Shown: piece by piece, positions 54,822-63,989 of the stretch | Layout of the letters: each line of letters starts with the position of its first letter | Numbering within the stretch: position 1 is the stretch's first letter | Source of the DNA: a virus | DNA length: 64,000 bases | IMG/VR virus record: IMGVR_UViG_3300036985_004568 | Span: 31,375-95,374 of that record | Strand: one strand, 5' to 3' | Position numbers and translations under genes: made by a program | The notes under the pieces: model-generated | What the model was told of the DNA's origin: nothing | What the model saw: the letters and a program-made list of their open reading frames with translations, nothing else | Database searches by the model: none

Positions 54822-55119
54822 TATTGCCATAATAATAATACTATAATAAAACTTATGTATTTGTAATAGGTTAGATACTACTTTCATTAACTGAAATTAG
54901 TACTATCTGGAATATAATTAAAATAGGTTAACTCCTTTTTTCTAAGTACCTTCTTCTTAATTTTACTATTAGAGCAACTTATTGGGTATTTTACATGCAC
55001 TCTTCAAAGATAGTTACTATAAACACATATATGAATCAAGCTCAATTACTATCATGTCCAGGATCTAAGCACAAACCATTCTTATAAACAGCTAAATTTA
55101 TCTATATACATAAGCTAAA

Positions 55120-55345
55120 GTACCCTAAAGGGTATATATTTTGTTTAATTTTAATATATTGTCCATATAACTAAACTATTTCCTATATACATACCTGCTC
55201 GGGTACCTTTCTGGCTCCTATATACTACTTATTCCCAGCATGGTACCTTAACTTAACCCCAATGGTACCTAATAAGCAGATATACCCTATTTTAAGGTAG
55301 TACCTAGTAATAGGCCTAAAGGTACCTTATTACCCAATGGACACC
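55120..55345. repeat. GGTACCT repeat cluster (candidate origin or packaging site)
   Basis: GGTACCT at 55202, 55242, 55264, 55321; GTACC at 55120 and 55300; CCCAATGG twice. Confidence 0.55.
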
Positions 55346-55511
55346 TTATGTAACTCATGGGGGATTGAAATGGCTTTCAATTTGAATAATCATTAGTAGG
55401 TTAAACTGACTCAAATGATTCGATGTATATAACTTAAATATATTTACTTATAAATTACTTAAATTATGTATTTTCAATGGTTTACGATACCAATATATTT
55501 TACTTATTTTC

Positions 55512-55539
55512 TTGACAAAACATTTTCATATGCTATACT
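55512..55539 (+). promoter_or_regulatory. Sigma70-type early promoter
   Basis: TTGACA-N16-TATACT with extended -10 TG and AT-rich upstream sequence. Confidence 0.8.
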
Positions 55540-55637
55540 TCTTATGGAATTGAAAACCAGAAAACCAAAAAAAGAGTGCTTCCAGAACGGCATAATTATA
55601 ACCAGAGGCAGAGCATATAACCAGAAGGGATAAAACT

Positions 55638-55931
55638 ATGAAAAACGCTAGTGAGGAAAAATACAAGTATATATATCAAGATGATAGAGCAACCCGCAGA
55701 ACGCATCAATTTGAATATTACGAAGTGGTTGAAGAGGAAAAAATTGAGATTGATGACTTCGTTAAAAAAGTGGATAACAATAGAGATGACAAGTGGTTAG
55801 GCGATTATCTGAAGATGTATTACAAGACACCAGCACTTGACGGACAGACTAATGTTGACTATATAATAGCAAGAAGTGATAGGTTATACACTTGGGATGC
55901 GATGGAACGCTCTTGGAAGAGCAAGAAGTAA
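55638..55931 (+). CDS. Early hypothetical protein
   Basis: First ORF after the promoter; charged, 97 aa. Confidence 0.7.
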   Translation: MKNASEEKYKYIYQDDRATRRTHQFEYYEVVEEEKIEIDDFVKKVDNNRDDKWLGDYLKMYYKTPALDGQTNVDYIIARSDRLYTWDAMERSWKSKK

Positions 55932-55957
55932 AGCAACCAATGAGGAGGGCAGTAGTT

Positions 55958-56158
55958 ATGAAGAAAGAGAAAGACAGACCAGCAAGCAAGTTTGAAGAAG
56001 AATACGCAGAGTTTACAGGAGTAAAGAGAGAAGAACCAAGACAGCACAAGCAGTACATACACCTAAGATATACTATGGGATGGATGACTCTGAGTATCTT
56101 CAGGCTTGGGACTAGGTTTAGCGTAAGACTTGAGATAGCAAGAGGATGGAACAACTAA
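55958..56158 (+). CDS. Early hypothetical protein
   Basis: GAGGAGG RBS before ATG 55958. Confidence 0.55.
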   Translation: MKKEKDRPASKFEEEYAEFTGVKREEPRQHKQYIHLRYTMGWMTLSIFRLGTRFSVRLEIARGWNN

Positions 56159-56248
56159 GGGGGACGCAATGAATAAGACAATGGCTTGGAAGTGGCACTT
56201 GGTAGCAATAGAGTTTGGAGTGGATGAATTAATAGACTGGAGGACAAT

Positions 56249-56461
56249 ATGATTAGCAAAGTGATACAACCTCAGATGTTCATAAGTAGCAATGGAGTTA
56301 AGAGCTTCGACATTGTACAGCTCACTAAGTATGGCACTCGTACAATCTCAAGGGCAACACTAGCCAAAGGGTTAGACTTCAATCAAGCAGTAGCCTATGC
56401 GGAGAACATAGCAAGTGGAGTAAGCACATACCAAGCAATGAAAGGAGAACACAATGTATAA
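56249..56461 (+). CDS. Early hypothetical protein
   Basis: GGAGG RBS. Confidence 0.65.
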   Translation: MISKVIQPQMFISSNGVKSFDIVQLTKYGTRTISRATLAKGLDFNQAVAYAENIASGVSTYQAMKGEHNV

Positions 56462-56780
56462 GTTAAGCGCAATGGGTAGACTCAATTCACATTCACGCAA
56501 GGTCCAGATCTGCTCACCTAAGGCAATGGCAATTAAGTATAAGATGACTAAGAGCGCGTGTGATGTTCCTCCTAAGTTCGATACCAACTGGATGCTAGAA
56601 TCTCTTAGGAGATTGAAGAAGAACGGAAACATACCAGAGCAATGGATTGATCAGAGTAGAAAAACTCCTGCTGAAATACAGAGACAAGCAAGAGTGCTAC
56701 ACTTCCACGGATCATATGCTGGAGATGGAAATAAGATTAAGGGTTGGGACAAATTGAACGGGATGGTAATACCAACTTAA
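56454..56780 (+). CDS. Early hypothetical protein
   Basis: AAGGAG RBS. Confidence 0.65.
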   Translation: MYKLSAMGRLNSHSRKVQICSPKAMAIKYKMTKSACDVPPKFDTNWMLESLRRLKKNGNIPEQWIDQSRKTPAEIQRQARVLHFHGSYAGDGNKIKGWDKLNGMVIPT

Positions 56781-56791
56781 GGAGGACAAGG

Positions 56792-56884
56792 ATGAAGCAT
56801 AGACACGCATTGCGTATCGTGTGGACTTGGGTTATGTTAAAGACTGCGATCATATTAGGGTTAGTATGGTCGTTACTTAACTAA
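56792..56884 (+). CDS. 30-aa single-TM peptide (not in ORF track)
   Basis: TAAGGAGG RBS; MKHRHALRIVWTWVMLKTAIILGLVWSLLN. Confidence 0.55.
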   Translation: MKHRHALRIVWTWVMLKTAIILGLVWSLLN

Positions 56885-56899
56885 TGAAAGGAGCCGGAG

Positions 56900-57073
56900 A
56901 TGAGTGCTATAAAAGTACTGGTCAATGATGGCGAAGGCGGGCGGGTTGAAATTGTAGCAGAACTTATTGAGAATCGTAAGACAACCGTCTTGGTAAGGTT
57001 ACCGGATGGTACAGTAATCACAAGAAAGAAAACCAGAGACTTACCTAAGGAGGCCTGCGATGTCAAAGCGTAA
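56900..57073 (+). CDS. Small hypothetical protein (57 aa; not in ORF track)
   Basis: AAGGAG RBS; TVLVRLPDG.VI.RKK.RD. Confidence 0.6.
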   Translation: MSAIKVLVNDGEGGRVEIVAELIENRKTTVLVRLPDGTVITRKKTRDLPKEACDVKA

Positions 57074-57278
57074 TAGAAAAGACGATGTGGTTGATGAGTT
57101 ATACTTCTCCCATAATAATCCAGATGCTTATTATGAGAAGATTGATCCTGAAGTGGGGTTGCTTAACTCTATAATCAATGATGGGGAGGATAGTGCAAGG
57201 GAAATTTACGGAGATGATAGGGTAGATCATGCCCTAGTAAAAAGCCATCTCGCGCGTACATATAACCCTAACCTATAG
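57060..57278 (+). CDS. Early hypothetical protein
   Basis: AAGGAGG RBS. Confidence 0.65.
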   Translation: MSKRNRKDDVVDELYFSHNNPDAYYEKIDPEVGLLNSIINDGEDSAREIYGDDRVDHALVKSHLARTYNPNL

Positions 57279-57287
57279 GAGGATACG

Positions 57288-57470
57288 ATGGATAAGAAAA
57301 TAGAAATGATAAAGTCAAGATTGAGATTAGCAGAGGACCATCTGTTTAATTACACTTCCCATATGTCGGAATGTGATAGAACAGAACACCATATCTTTGA
57401 GGAAGCCATTGTAGGACTTAGAAAAGAAGTAGCGGTCCTTAAATGGACAATCAAAGTACTGGAGGGCTAG
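57288..57470 (+). CDS. Early hypothetical protein
   Basis: AGGAGG RBS. Confidence 0.65.
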   Translation: MDKKIEMIKSRLRLAEDHLFNYTSHMSECDRTEHHIFEEAIVGLRKEVAVLKWTIKVLEG

Positions 57471-58016
57471 ATGACTTGGAAAGAATTCTACAAGTCTAGG
57501 ATAACTAGTATAGCATATGAACACTACTTTATGGATAAGTATGCTATCTTCTTAGATACCCTAGACTCCCAAGTAGGAAAGTCCTTTCTGGAAGTAGGGT
57601 GTGGTACGGGATTAGTCACTAAGTTAGTCTATCATCCTAAGAGAAGATTTACTCTTATGGATAATGATAAAGAAATGTTAGGACTAGCTAAAGACAGACT
57701 ACAACCGTTACCTATCTCCTATATCTGTAAAGATATTAGAACTCCACTACATCAGAAGTATGATGTAATATATTCTCACGGAGTTCTAGAGCACTTATCT
57801 TTAACAGAGTGTAAGAGGATAATACGAAATCAACTATCAGTAAGTAATATGATAGTGCATTATGTTCCTACGGATGGATATAAATATCCTAGCTTTGGGG
57901 ATGAGAACTTACTCCCTAAAGAGCAATGGGATAAAGCACTACATCCAACAGAGAGTATAGCCTTTAATGAGTTTAAAGACTTGCTCTTAATTTGGAAGAA
58001 AGGAAAAAATGGCTAA
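57471..58016 (+). CDS. Class I SAM-dependent methyltransferase
   Basis: FLEVGCGTG, MDND..ML, DI, YDVIYSHGVLEH. Confidence 0.88.
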   Translation: MTWKEFYKSRITSIAYEHYFMDKYAIFLDTLDSQVGKSFLEVGCGTGLVTKLVYHPKRRFTLMDNDKEMLGLAKDRLQPLPISYICKDIRTPLHQKYDVIYSHGVLEHLSLTECKRIIRNQLSVSNMIVHYVPTDGYKYPSFGDENLLPKEQWDKALHPTESIAFNEFKDLLLIWKKGKNG

Positions 58017-58194
58017 TAGTAGACACGATGTGATATTAATATTACAGCGGGATGAGCAAGCTCCTCTTGTTGGGGAAGAGGTGCAAACTGTTCTTTGTAG
58101 CGGTAAAGTTATATGGAGAGAGAAAACTTCTACCGGGTGGAGAGTAGGAGTTAAACTTCCTAATGACTTTGTTCCAGGTGGTTCATTAGACTAG
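58009..58194 (+). CDS. Small hypothetical protein (PilZ C-terminal-like GKVIW...VGV)
   Basis: RBS and coupling; motif resemblance is weak. Confidence 0.55.
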   Translation: MANSRHDVILILQRDEQAPLVGEEVQTVLCSGKVIWREKTSTGWRVGVKLPNDFVPGGSLD

Positions 58195-58203
58195 GAGGAT
58201 AAG

Positions 58204-58416
58204 ATGAGTTATGATGAAGAGCGGTATGATGCACTTCCTCCTGAGGGTAAGGAGTTAGTGGATGCTCTCGTTGCGGATAGTCTTAAGCACCTTATGAAAC
58301 AAGCTGGTATTGAAGGCACAGAAGATGTATTCCGACGAGTTTATAAAGAACAACCTATCATATTAAATCGCTTTCAAGAGATTTATGATAGGCTAATAGG
58401 GAGGGTAAAGAGATGA
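58204..58416 (+). CDS. Early hypothetical protein
   Basis: AGGAGG RBS. Confidence 0.65.
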   Translation: MSYDEERYDALPPEGKELVDALVADSLKHLMKQAGIEGTEDVFRRVYKEQPIILNRFQEIYDRLIGRVKR

Positions 58417-58533
58417 GACACTTCATCAACTTCTTGAACTTCGTGTATCGTCATACAATCAGAAGTAGAGATTATCGAAGCATAGCAAGAGTAATAGGTT
58501 TAGGTATAGAGATCTATTACTAGAAAGGAAAGT

Positions 58534-58791
58534 ATGGATATTGAAATTAGCTGTGCCACTCCTAAATGCCATAGCACTATGAGTGGAAATGATGATGTAT
58601 ACTGCGAAGTCTGTATACAGGATCTACAAAATCAAGTCAGCGGGCTTGAAAAGAAAGTAGACACCTTAGGGGCCGATATTGACTCGTTAAATTCTACAAT
58701 AGAAGCCTTAGACCTAAAGATCAGCGATCTAAAGGAAATATTAGAGAATTGTCCAACTTGTTCGGCTATACTTGTAGCCAAAAATCTATAG
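58534..58791 (+). CDS. Zn-finger + coiled-coil protein
   Basis: C...C..CEVC, heptad run, CPTC; ends ILVAKNL. Confidence 0.7.
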   Translation: MDIEISCATPKCHSTMSGNDDVYCEVCIQDLQNQVSGLEKKVDTLGADIDSLNSTIEALDLKISDLKEILENCPTCSAILVAKNL

Positions 58792-58794
58792 GGG

Positions 58795-59166
58795 GTGAAG
58801 AGAGTGGAAAGAAAAGAGTTTATTATAGAGCTTATTGCTCTACAGTTATCAGATGAGAAAGTAGTAGAACTTACCATCTTGGGATATAAAGATTCAACGG
58901 TAGAAGAAGTAAAGAATCAACTGGCTGTAGCTAAGTCAGAAATTAGAAAGGAAGAAAAGAACGAACCTGAAAAGATATTAGATCCTATTGAAAAATCTGA
59001 TGTTCCTACAATTCACTCAATACTGATCGGAGGACTAAGACTAAATAAAACTAATTCACAACTCTTAGATGATCTGAAGAAACATCATTCAACCGTAGAC
59101 GAAAAGAAATTGAAACAGCGAGTCTATGAATATCGTTACCATTACATAAAAGGTAAGATCAAATAA
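58795..59166 (+). CDS. Early hypothetical protein
   Basis: 123 aa charged ORF in operon. Confidence 0.7.
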   Translation: MKRVERKEFIIELIALQLSDEKVVELTILGYKDSTVEEVKNQLAVAKSEIRKEEKNEPEKILDPIEKSDVPTIHSILIGGLRLNKTNSQLLDDLKKHHSTVDEKKLKQRVYEYRYHYIKGKIK

Positions 59167-59191
59167 AACCAATCACAACATAGGAGGTAAT

Positions 59192-59515
59192 ATGATAACA
59201 CTGGATTGGAGGGTCTTTGCCTGGTTTGTTCTGGCATTGGCAATCCTAAAGGGTATTGTTACCGGCTTAACCAATCTGTATACCTACATTTACAAGGGAG
59301 GTTATACGCTTGGTAGAAAGCAGATGGAGAGTGAGGATACCACGCAATTACTTAAGGCAATTCAGGAAGTTAAAACCGAAATGCCGGAGTCTGAACTTGC
59401 CTTAGTAACTCTCTGGAGTAAACTAGTAGGAGCAGAAACAAAGAAGGAAGAAAAGAAATGTGAAGAGAAAGTAATTGGATTTGGACCAATAAAAAAGGAG
59501 GATAAGGATGCGTAG
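59192..59515 (+). CDS. Membrane-anchored hypothetical protein
   Basis: AGGAGG RBS; N-terminal TM; ends KVIGFG. Confidence 0.7.
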   Translation: MITLDWRVFAWFVLALAILKGIVTGLTNLYTYIYKGGYTLGRKQMESEDTTQLLKAIQEVKTEMPESELALVTLWSKLVGAETKKEEKKCEEKVIGFGPIKKEDKDA

Positions 59516-60581
59516 TATATCTCACGATGAATTAAAGAGTGTATTAAAGAGGTCTTATGCCCATAGGGTAACTGCATTCATATGGGGAGCAACTGGAATA
59601 GGAAAGTCAGAGACAGTAAGAGAGACTGCTCAGGAATTAGCTAAGGAGTCCAAGCTTACTTATGTCGAGGGAGGGTCTCCTCAAGAAGAAAACTTTACTG
59701 TAATAGATGTAAGGTTATCCCAGATGGACCCTTCTGACTTAAGAGGATTGCCTTATGTAAGCAAGGAAGGTAAGACTGCCTGGGCTTTCCCTAGCTGGTT
59801 GCCTACCAAGGGCAAGGGGATATTGCTTCTGGATGAGGTGAATCTTGCTCCTCCTCTGGTCCAATCTTCTGCCTATCAGCTAGTATTAGATAGGAAACTT
59901 GGAGACTATGTGTTGCCAGATGGTTGGGGTATAATTGCGGCTGGTAATAGGGCAGAGGATAAAGCCTATACCTTCGAGTTAGCTGGTCCATTATGTAATA
60001 GGTTCGTACACTTGGAACTAGCTTGCCCGCCAATAGTAGACTGGACAGATTGGGCAATTGCCAATCAGATCGATTCAAGAATCGTGACTTTCTTGAACTT
60101 TAAGCCTCAGCACTTGTTTAAGTTCGATAGCAAGATGAAGGATAAAGCATTCCCTACGCCTAGGTCGTGGTCGAGGTATTGCTCCCCTCTTATCAAGGAT
60201 GTTGTTGACAATCAGGAACTACTGACTCTGATGAGTTCAGCAATCGGAGAGGGTGTTGCTACGGAATGCGTAGCCTATCTGAAACTTACCAAGCAGATCG
60301 ATCTTAAGGATATCTTAGAGCATCCTGAGAAGGCTGCCGACATCAAGGGAATCGATGTAAGATATTCCTTGGTAAGCGCTTTATCAGAACTTGTCAAGAA
60401 GGATACAAAGACAACCTTGCCGAAAGTCTGTAAGGTTGCGGAACACTTCGAAGCTGAATTCGCAATATTGCTCTTAAGATTCATCAAGGGTAATGTTCCG
60501 ACCTTGCTTACCTTCATACAGAAGGATAAGGCTGTAGCGGATGTCTACAAGAAATATATGAAATATGTTATGGTTGAATAA
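59508..60581 (+). CDS. MoxR-type AAA+ ATPase
   Basis: Walker A GATGIGKS, DLRGLP, Walker B LLLDEVN, AAGNR, L.NRF, TPRSW. Confidence 0.93.
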   Translation: MRSISHDELKSVLKRSYAHRVTAFIWGATGIGKSETVRETAQELAKESKLTYVEGGSPQEENFTVIDVRLSQMDPSDLRGLPYVSKEGKTAWAFPSWLPTKGKGILLLDEVNLAPPLVQSSAYQLVLDRKLGDYVLPDGWGIIAAGNRAEDKAYTFELAGPLCNRFVHLELACPPIVDWTDWAIANQIDSRIVTFLNFKPQHLFKFDSKMKDKAFPTPRSWSRYCSPLIKDVVDNQELLTLMSSAIGEGVATECVAYLKLTKQIDLKDILEHPEKAADIKGIDVRYSLVSALSELVKKDTKTTLPKVCKVAEHFEAEFAILLLRFIKGNVPTLLTFIQKDKAVADVYKKYMKYVMVE

Positions 60582-60595
60582 CCTAAGGAGGTATA

Positions 60596-61810
60596 ATGAA
60601 TCAAGAAGCTAAGGATAAGATAATCAAAGCGAGGGTTGGGCTTCAGAAGACACATCCTTTCTTCTCTTATCTTGCTCTTCATCTTACACCTATAGAGTGT
60701 GATCCGGCGAATAAGACCGGACCACAAGTTCCAACTATGGGAGTTGACAATAAAGGGAATATGTATTATAGCCCTGACTTTGTCAATAAGATGACGCAGG
60801 ATGAAGTTAAGGGAGTAGTATGCCACGAAGTTATGCATATAGCCCTTGAGCATCTTAAGGGCTTGAGGGGTAAAGATACCAAGGTAAGTAATGTGGCTCA
60901 GGATATTGTAATCAATGATATTATCCTAGAGAACCAGATGCAACTTCCTAGGGAAGGATTGCTTCCTCATAACCACGAGATAACTATCAATGGTAATATA
61001 AAAATCCAGAAGATAGATAAGAAACCTTGGGAACAAGTGTATCACGAATTAGAAAAGAAACTTCCTAAGGAAAAGCAATATGGCTTTGACGAGCATATGC
61101 GAGGTGATGGGGATGGTAAAGATGACCCTCAAAAAGGAAAGGGAGCTGGTCAAGATGATAAGAATTGGAAACAAATCATCAATGAGGGTTATGCTTACGC
61201 CAAGTTACAAGGTAAGGCTCCAGCGGGATTGGATAGGTATGTAGATGAATTGAACTATCCGAAATTGAATTGGAGAGAAATGTTACAGAAGTTCATCGTA
61301 AGGGAAATTCCTTATGACTTCTCTTATTCTAGACCATCTAAGCGTTCTCTTGCGTGTGGTGTATATATGCCAAGCGTAACAAGAGAGAGCCTAGAAATAG
61401 GAGTGGCACTTGATACTTCAGGTTCAATGTCTCCTAAGGACTTGAAAGAGTGCCTAAGTGAAACCGTAGGAATTGTCAAGGCTTATAGCAATGTGCATCT
61501 TACGGTAGTAACTTGTGATGCTGAAGTTCACACAGTAGGAGAGGTTACTTCTGAGGAAGATGTAGCCAATCTAGAAATCAAGGGTGGTGGAGGAACTGAC
61601 TTCATCCCAGTCTTTAAGTGGGTAGAAGAGAATAAGCCATCTATGAGACTGCTGATATTCTTCACGGATGGATATGGTTCGTTCCCTACAGATGCACCGA
61701 ATATGAAAGTCCTTTGGTGTATCACACAGGGTGGAATGGAGCTAGACAAGATACCTTTCGGGGAAAAGGTAAATCTAGACTTCAGAGATAAAGAAGAGGA
61801 GCAGGAATGA
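60596..61810 (+). CDS. Putative metallopeptidase (HExxH) + VWA domain protein
   Basis: HEVMH..H..N.A.D..IN, DEH, W...L, MIDAS DTSGS, GGGGTDF, FTDG. Confidence 0.92.
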   Translation: MNQEAKDKIIKARVGLQKTHPFFSYLALHLTPIECDPANKTGPQVPTMGVDNKGNMYYSPDFVNKMTQDEVKGVVCHEVMHIALEHLKGLRGKDTKVSNVAQDIVINDIILENQMQLPREGLLPHNHEITINGNIKIQKIDKKPWEQVYHELEKKLPKEKQYGFDEHMRGDGDGKDDPQKGKGAGQDDKNWKQIINEGYAYAKLQGKAPAGLDRYVDELNYPKLNWREMLQKFIVREIPYDFSYSRPSKRSLACGVYMPSVTRESLEIGVALDTSGSMSPKDLKECLSETVGIVKAYSNVHLTVVTCDAEVHTVGEVTSEEDVANLEIKGGGGTDFIPVFKWVEENKPSMRLLIFFTDGYGSFPTDAPNMKVLWCITQGGMELDKIPFGEKVNLDFRDKEEEQE

Positions 61811-62070
61811 ATAATGAATGGGGAGTATTCCTAAAGATGGGGCATTACTATCGATGGATTTACTCCCCTAATGCCGTATTCAAAGCGGGTATTTGCACTT
61901 TCTGTAATTGCAAAAATGTTAAGAGTTATCATAAGTGCCTATTCGCTGGTAAGGGAGAGATAAAAGTACTGGGGCTGAATGGATGCCTTGATCAAAGCCA
62001 CGCCTTAGTAGAGATCACAGAACAAGAATATGATGCCCGTAAACTCAACCAATTCGTGGAGGAATTGTGA
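61807..62070 (+). CDS. Cys-rich hypothetical protein
   Basis: ATGA overlap; CxxCxC; ends QFVEEL. Confidence 0.7.
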   Translation: MNNEWGVFLKMGHYYRWIYSPNAVFKAGICTFCNCKNVKSYHKCLFAGKGEIKVLGLNGCLDQSHALVEITEQEYDARKLNQFVEEL

Positions 62071-62324
62071 AAGAACATATTATGGAGAACGGAGACTTAG
62101 CATATGTAAAGCCTAGACATGTATCCATAAAGGGTTGCTTGGTAAAGATAGTCAATTGTGTAGAACCCTCACGGATACTAGTAAGGGTTATGACATCTCC
62201 TGATGATGATATCTGGTATACTAGGTTTCCAACTTGGTTAGTACCCTATGACTACCTAACTGTAATCACTGACTCTAAAGTAGTAGATCAACTTGAGGCA
62301 GAGATTTGCTTCAAGAACCTTTAA
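62067..62324 (+). CDS. Small SH3/KOW-like hypothetical protein
   Basis: GDL.YV...G.LVKIV; ends ICFKNL. Confidence 0.7.
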   Translation: MKEHIMENGDLAYVKPRHVSIKGCLVKIVNCVEPSRILVRVMTSPDDDIWYTRFPTWLVPYDYLTVITDSKVVDQLEAEICFKNL

Positions 62325-62333
62325 GGAGGAAGG

Positions 62334-62600
62334 ATGAAACAAAATAACAAAGAGCCAATGTTTGATGAGAACGAAGCCTATGTTAGAGAAAGGGATGGAA
62401 AGCGCCTCATCTTGGTAGTGCGTAAGTGTGATCAATGTCCTACTGAAATGGATTGTGATTATTGTAGGCAGATGTTGGTAGACGCACAGACCAAAGAGAA
62501 GTTTCCGGAATGTGTCTATCGTGAACGCAAGTTATCTCTAGATGGATATAGAGTATGTCCGGCTAGTGAGATAGGCGCTCTAATCTTGGAGAACCTATGA
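62334..62600 (+). CDS. Cys-rich hypothetical protein
   Basis: CxxC..CxxC; ends LILENL. Confidence 0.7.
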   Translation: MKQNNKEPMFDENEAYVRERDGKRLILVVRKCDQCPTEMDCDYCRQMLVDAQTKEKFPECVYRERKLSLDGYRVCPASEIGALILENL

Positions 62601-62857
62601 AATATGTTGATCAAATCTGCATAGATCGAGGGGGTTACTGGAACTGGAAGAGTGTATGGAAACTTTACTTAGGGAAGCCTGGGGAGTATCCCTTCTGTGC
62701 AACTTTTCTAGGCTGGTATTCTAACAAAGAGGGCTTTAAGCCTTTTCAAGATAAGGTGCCATATAAAACAGGCTTTCCTTCTGTGAATAGTCTTAAGAAA
62801 AGACTAAGGTTAGCAACTACTAAAGAGCGTACAGAAATAGAATTAGCACACTACTAA
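62597..62857 (+). CDS. Hypothetical protein
   Basis: ATGA overlap; ends RLATTKERTEIELAHY. Confidence 0.65.
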   Translation: MKYVDQICIDRGGYWNWKSVWKLYLGKPGEYPFCATFLGWYSNKEGFKPFQDKVPYKTGFPSVNSLKKRLRLATTKERTEIELAHY

Positions 62858-62871
62858 GGAGGTGATTAGTT

Positions 62872-63711
62872 ATGATAGTAAATCCGAATGATGTAAAGAA
62901 GTATCAAGCCTTGAATAAGAAACTTAAGGAGTTCTGCTTGTTACAAAATGAATTACAATTCAAGAATACCTATGAGCCTAAGTTTAAGAATATACTTATG
63001 TGCTCTGCCTCTAAACTAGTAGGATGTAATGCTAAGATCAAGATCAACCCTAGGAAAGAGGGCGCTTCTTTGTATGGTGCTAAGGAGTATGTCCTTACTC
63101 GTCAAGGTATTAAAGAGAGCTTTGGTTATAATGGAAAGTTCAAGGCTAGGTTTATAACTTATTCTAGCTGGATTAATGATTATGTTACCGACAATGGAGT
63201 TACAGTTGGTCTAGTAAAGTTAATCACAAGTAAAGAGTGCCAAAGTCCTGAGGCACTTAGACTTCATCTTCAAGCAAGAGAAGACATTAGTAAACTTGGT
63301 ATTGAAGATGAAAACTATGCAGTTCACGTTAAGTCTAATCAGGTCTTCAGTATATTTGGAAATATAGAAGTAGGGGAACAAGACAAAGAGGACAAGACCA
63401 CTGAACTGATCTTATCCACAAGTAGTGGATGGTCTGCTAAGGTTCTTTGCCTCTGCACTCCTGGCTCAGTTCATCTTTCCAAAAATATGTATCAGGGAAA
63501 GAGCTATGACTCAGACGTGATTCTGGGATTATCTAGCGCGGCAACTTTCATAGAGTTCCTTAGGATTTCTGAAGAGCCTACTTATACCCAGATAATGGAC
63601 CTGCTTCAGGAACATATTACCAAGTGCCAAGCTCACATAAAAGCGAAGCAGACTGCCTTAGATGTAGTTACAAATAAATATGGGCAGTATTTGGTATTCA
63701 AAGAGTTATAA
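62872..63711 (+). CDS. Hypothetical protein
   Basis: AAGGAGGT RBS; ends LVFKEL. Confidence 0.75.
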   Translation: MIVNPNDVKKYQALNKKLKEFCLLQNELQFKNTYEPKFKNILMCSASKLVGCNAKIKINPRKEGASLYGAKEYVLTRQGIKESFGYNGKFKARFITYSSWINDYVTDNGVTVGLVKLITSKECQSPEALRLHLQAREDISKLGIEDENYAVHVKSNQVFSIFGNIEVGEQDKEDKTTELILSTSSGWSAKVLCLCTPGSVHLSKNMYQGKSYDSDVILGLSSAATFIEFLRISEEPTYTQIMDLLQEHITKCQAHIKAKQTALDVVTNKYGQYLVFKEL

Positions 63712-63725
63712 AAGAAAGGAGTAAG

Positions 63726-63989
63726 ATGCAAAAGCAACTAATAAAAGTAATTAGTGTTGTTGAACCAGCCATACCAAAGAGAGGTCATCTATCTCCTTAC
63801 TCGTGCTATGAGTTAGAGTTAGACTATGGAGATGGGATACCTCACCACGCAACGATGGATGTGCACAGCTACCAAGAGTTTCTTTTAGAGCAGGAGCTTC
63901 TTAGAGCAGGTGTCAATCCAGAATTACTTGGTAAGTATCATAACGCAGTTTATCGCCTAGCCCTGTGGGATAATAGAGAGGAGGACTAA
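63726..63989 (+). CDS. Hypothetical protein
   Basis: AAGGAG RBS. Confidence 0.7.
   Translation: MQKQLIKVISVVEPAIPKRGHLSPYSCYELELDYGDGIPHHATMDVHSYQEFLLEQELLRAGVNPELLGKYHNAVYRLALWDNREED

Noticed and set aside
54655-55637. CRISPR mini-array or tRNA in the non-coding region
   Set aside because: Repeats are only 7-8 nt and irregularly spaced; no cloverleaf with a T-loop GTTC motif was seen.
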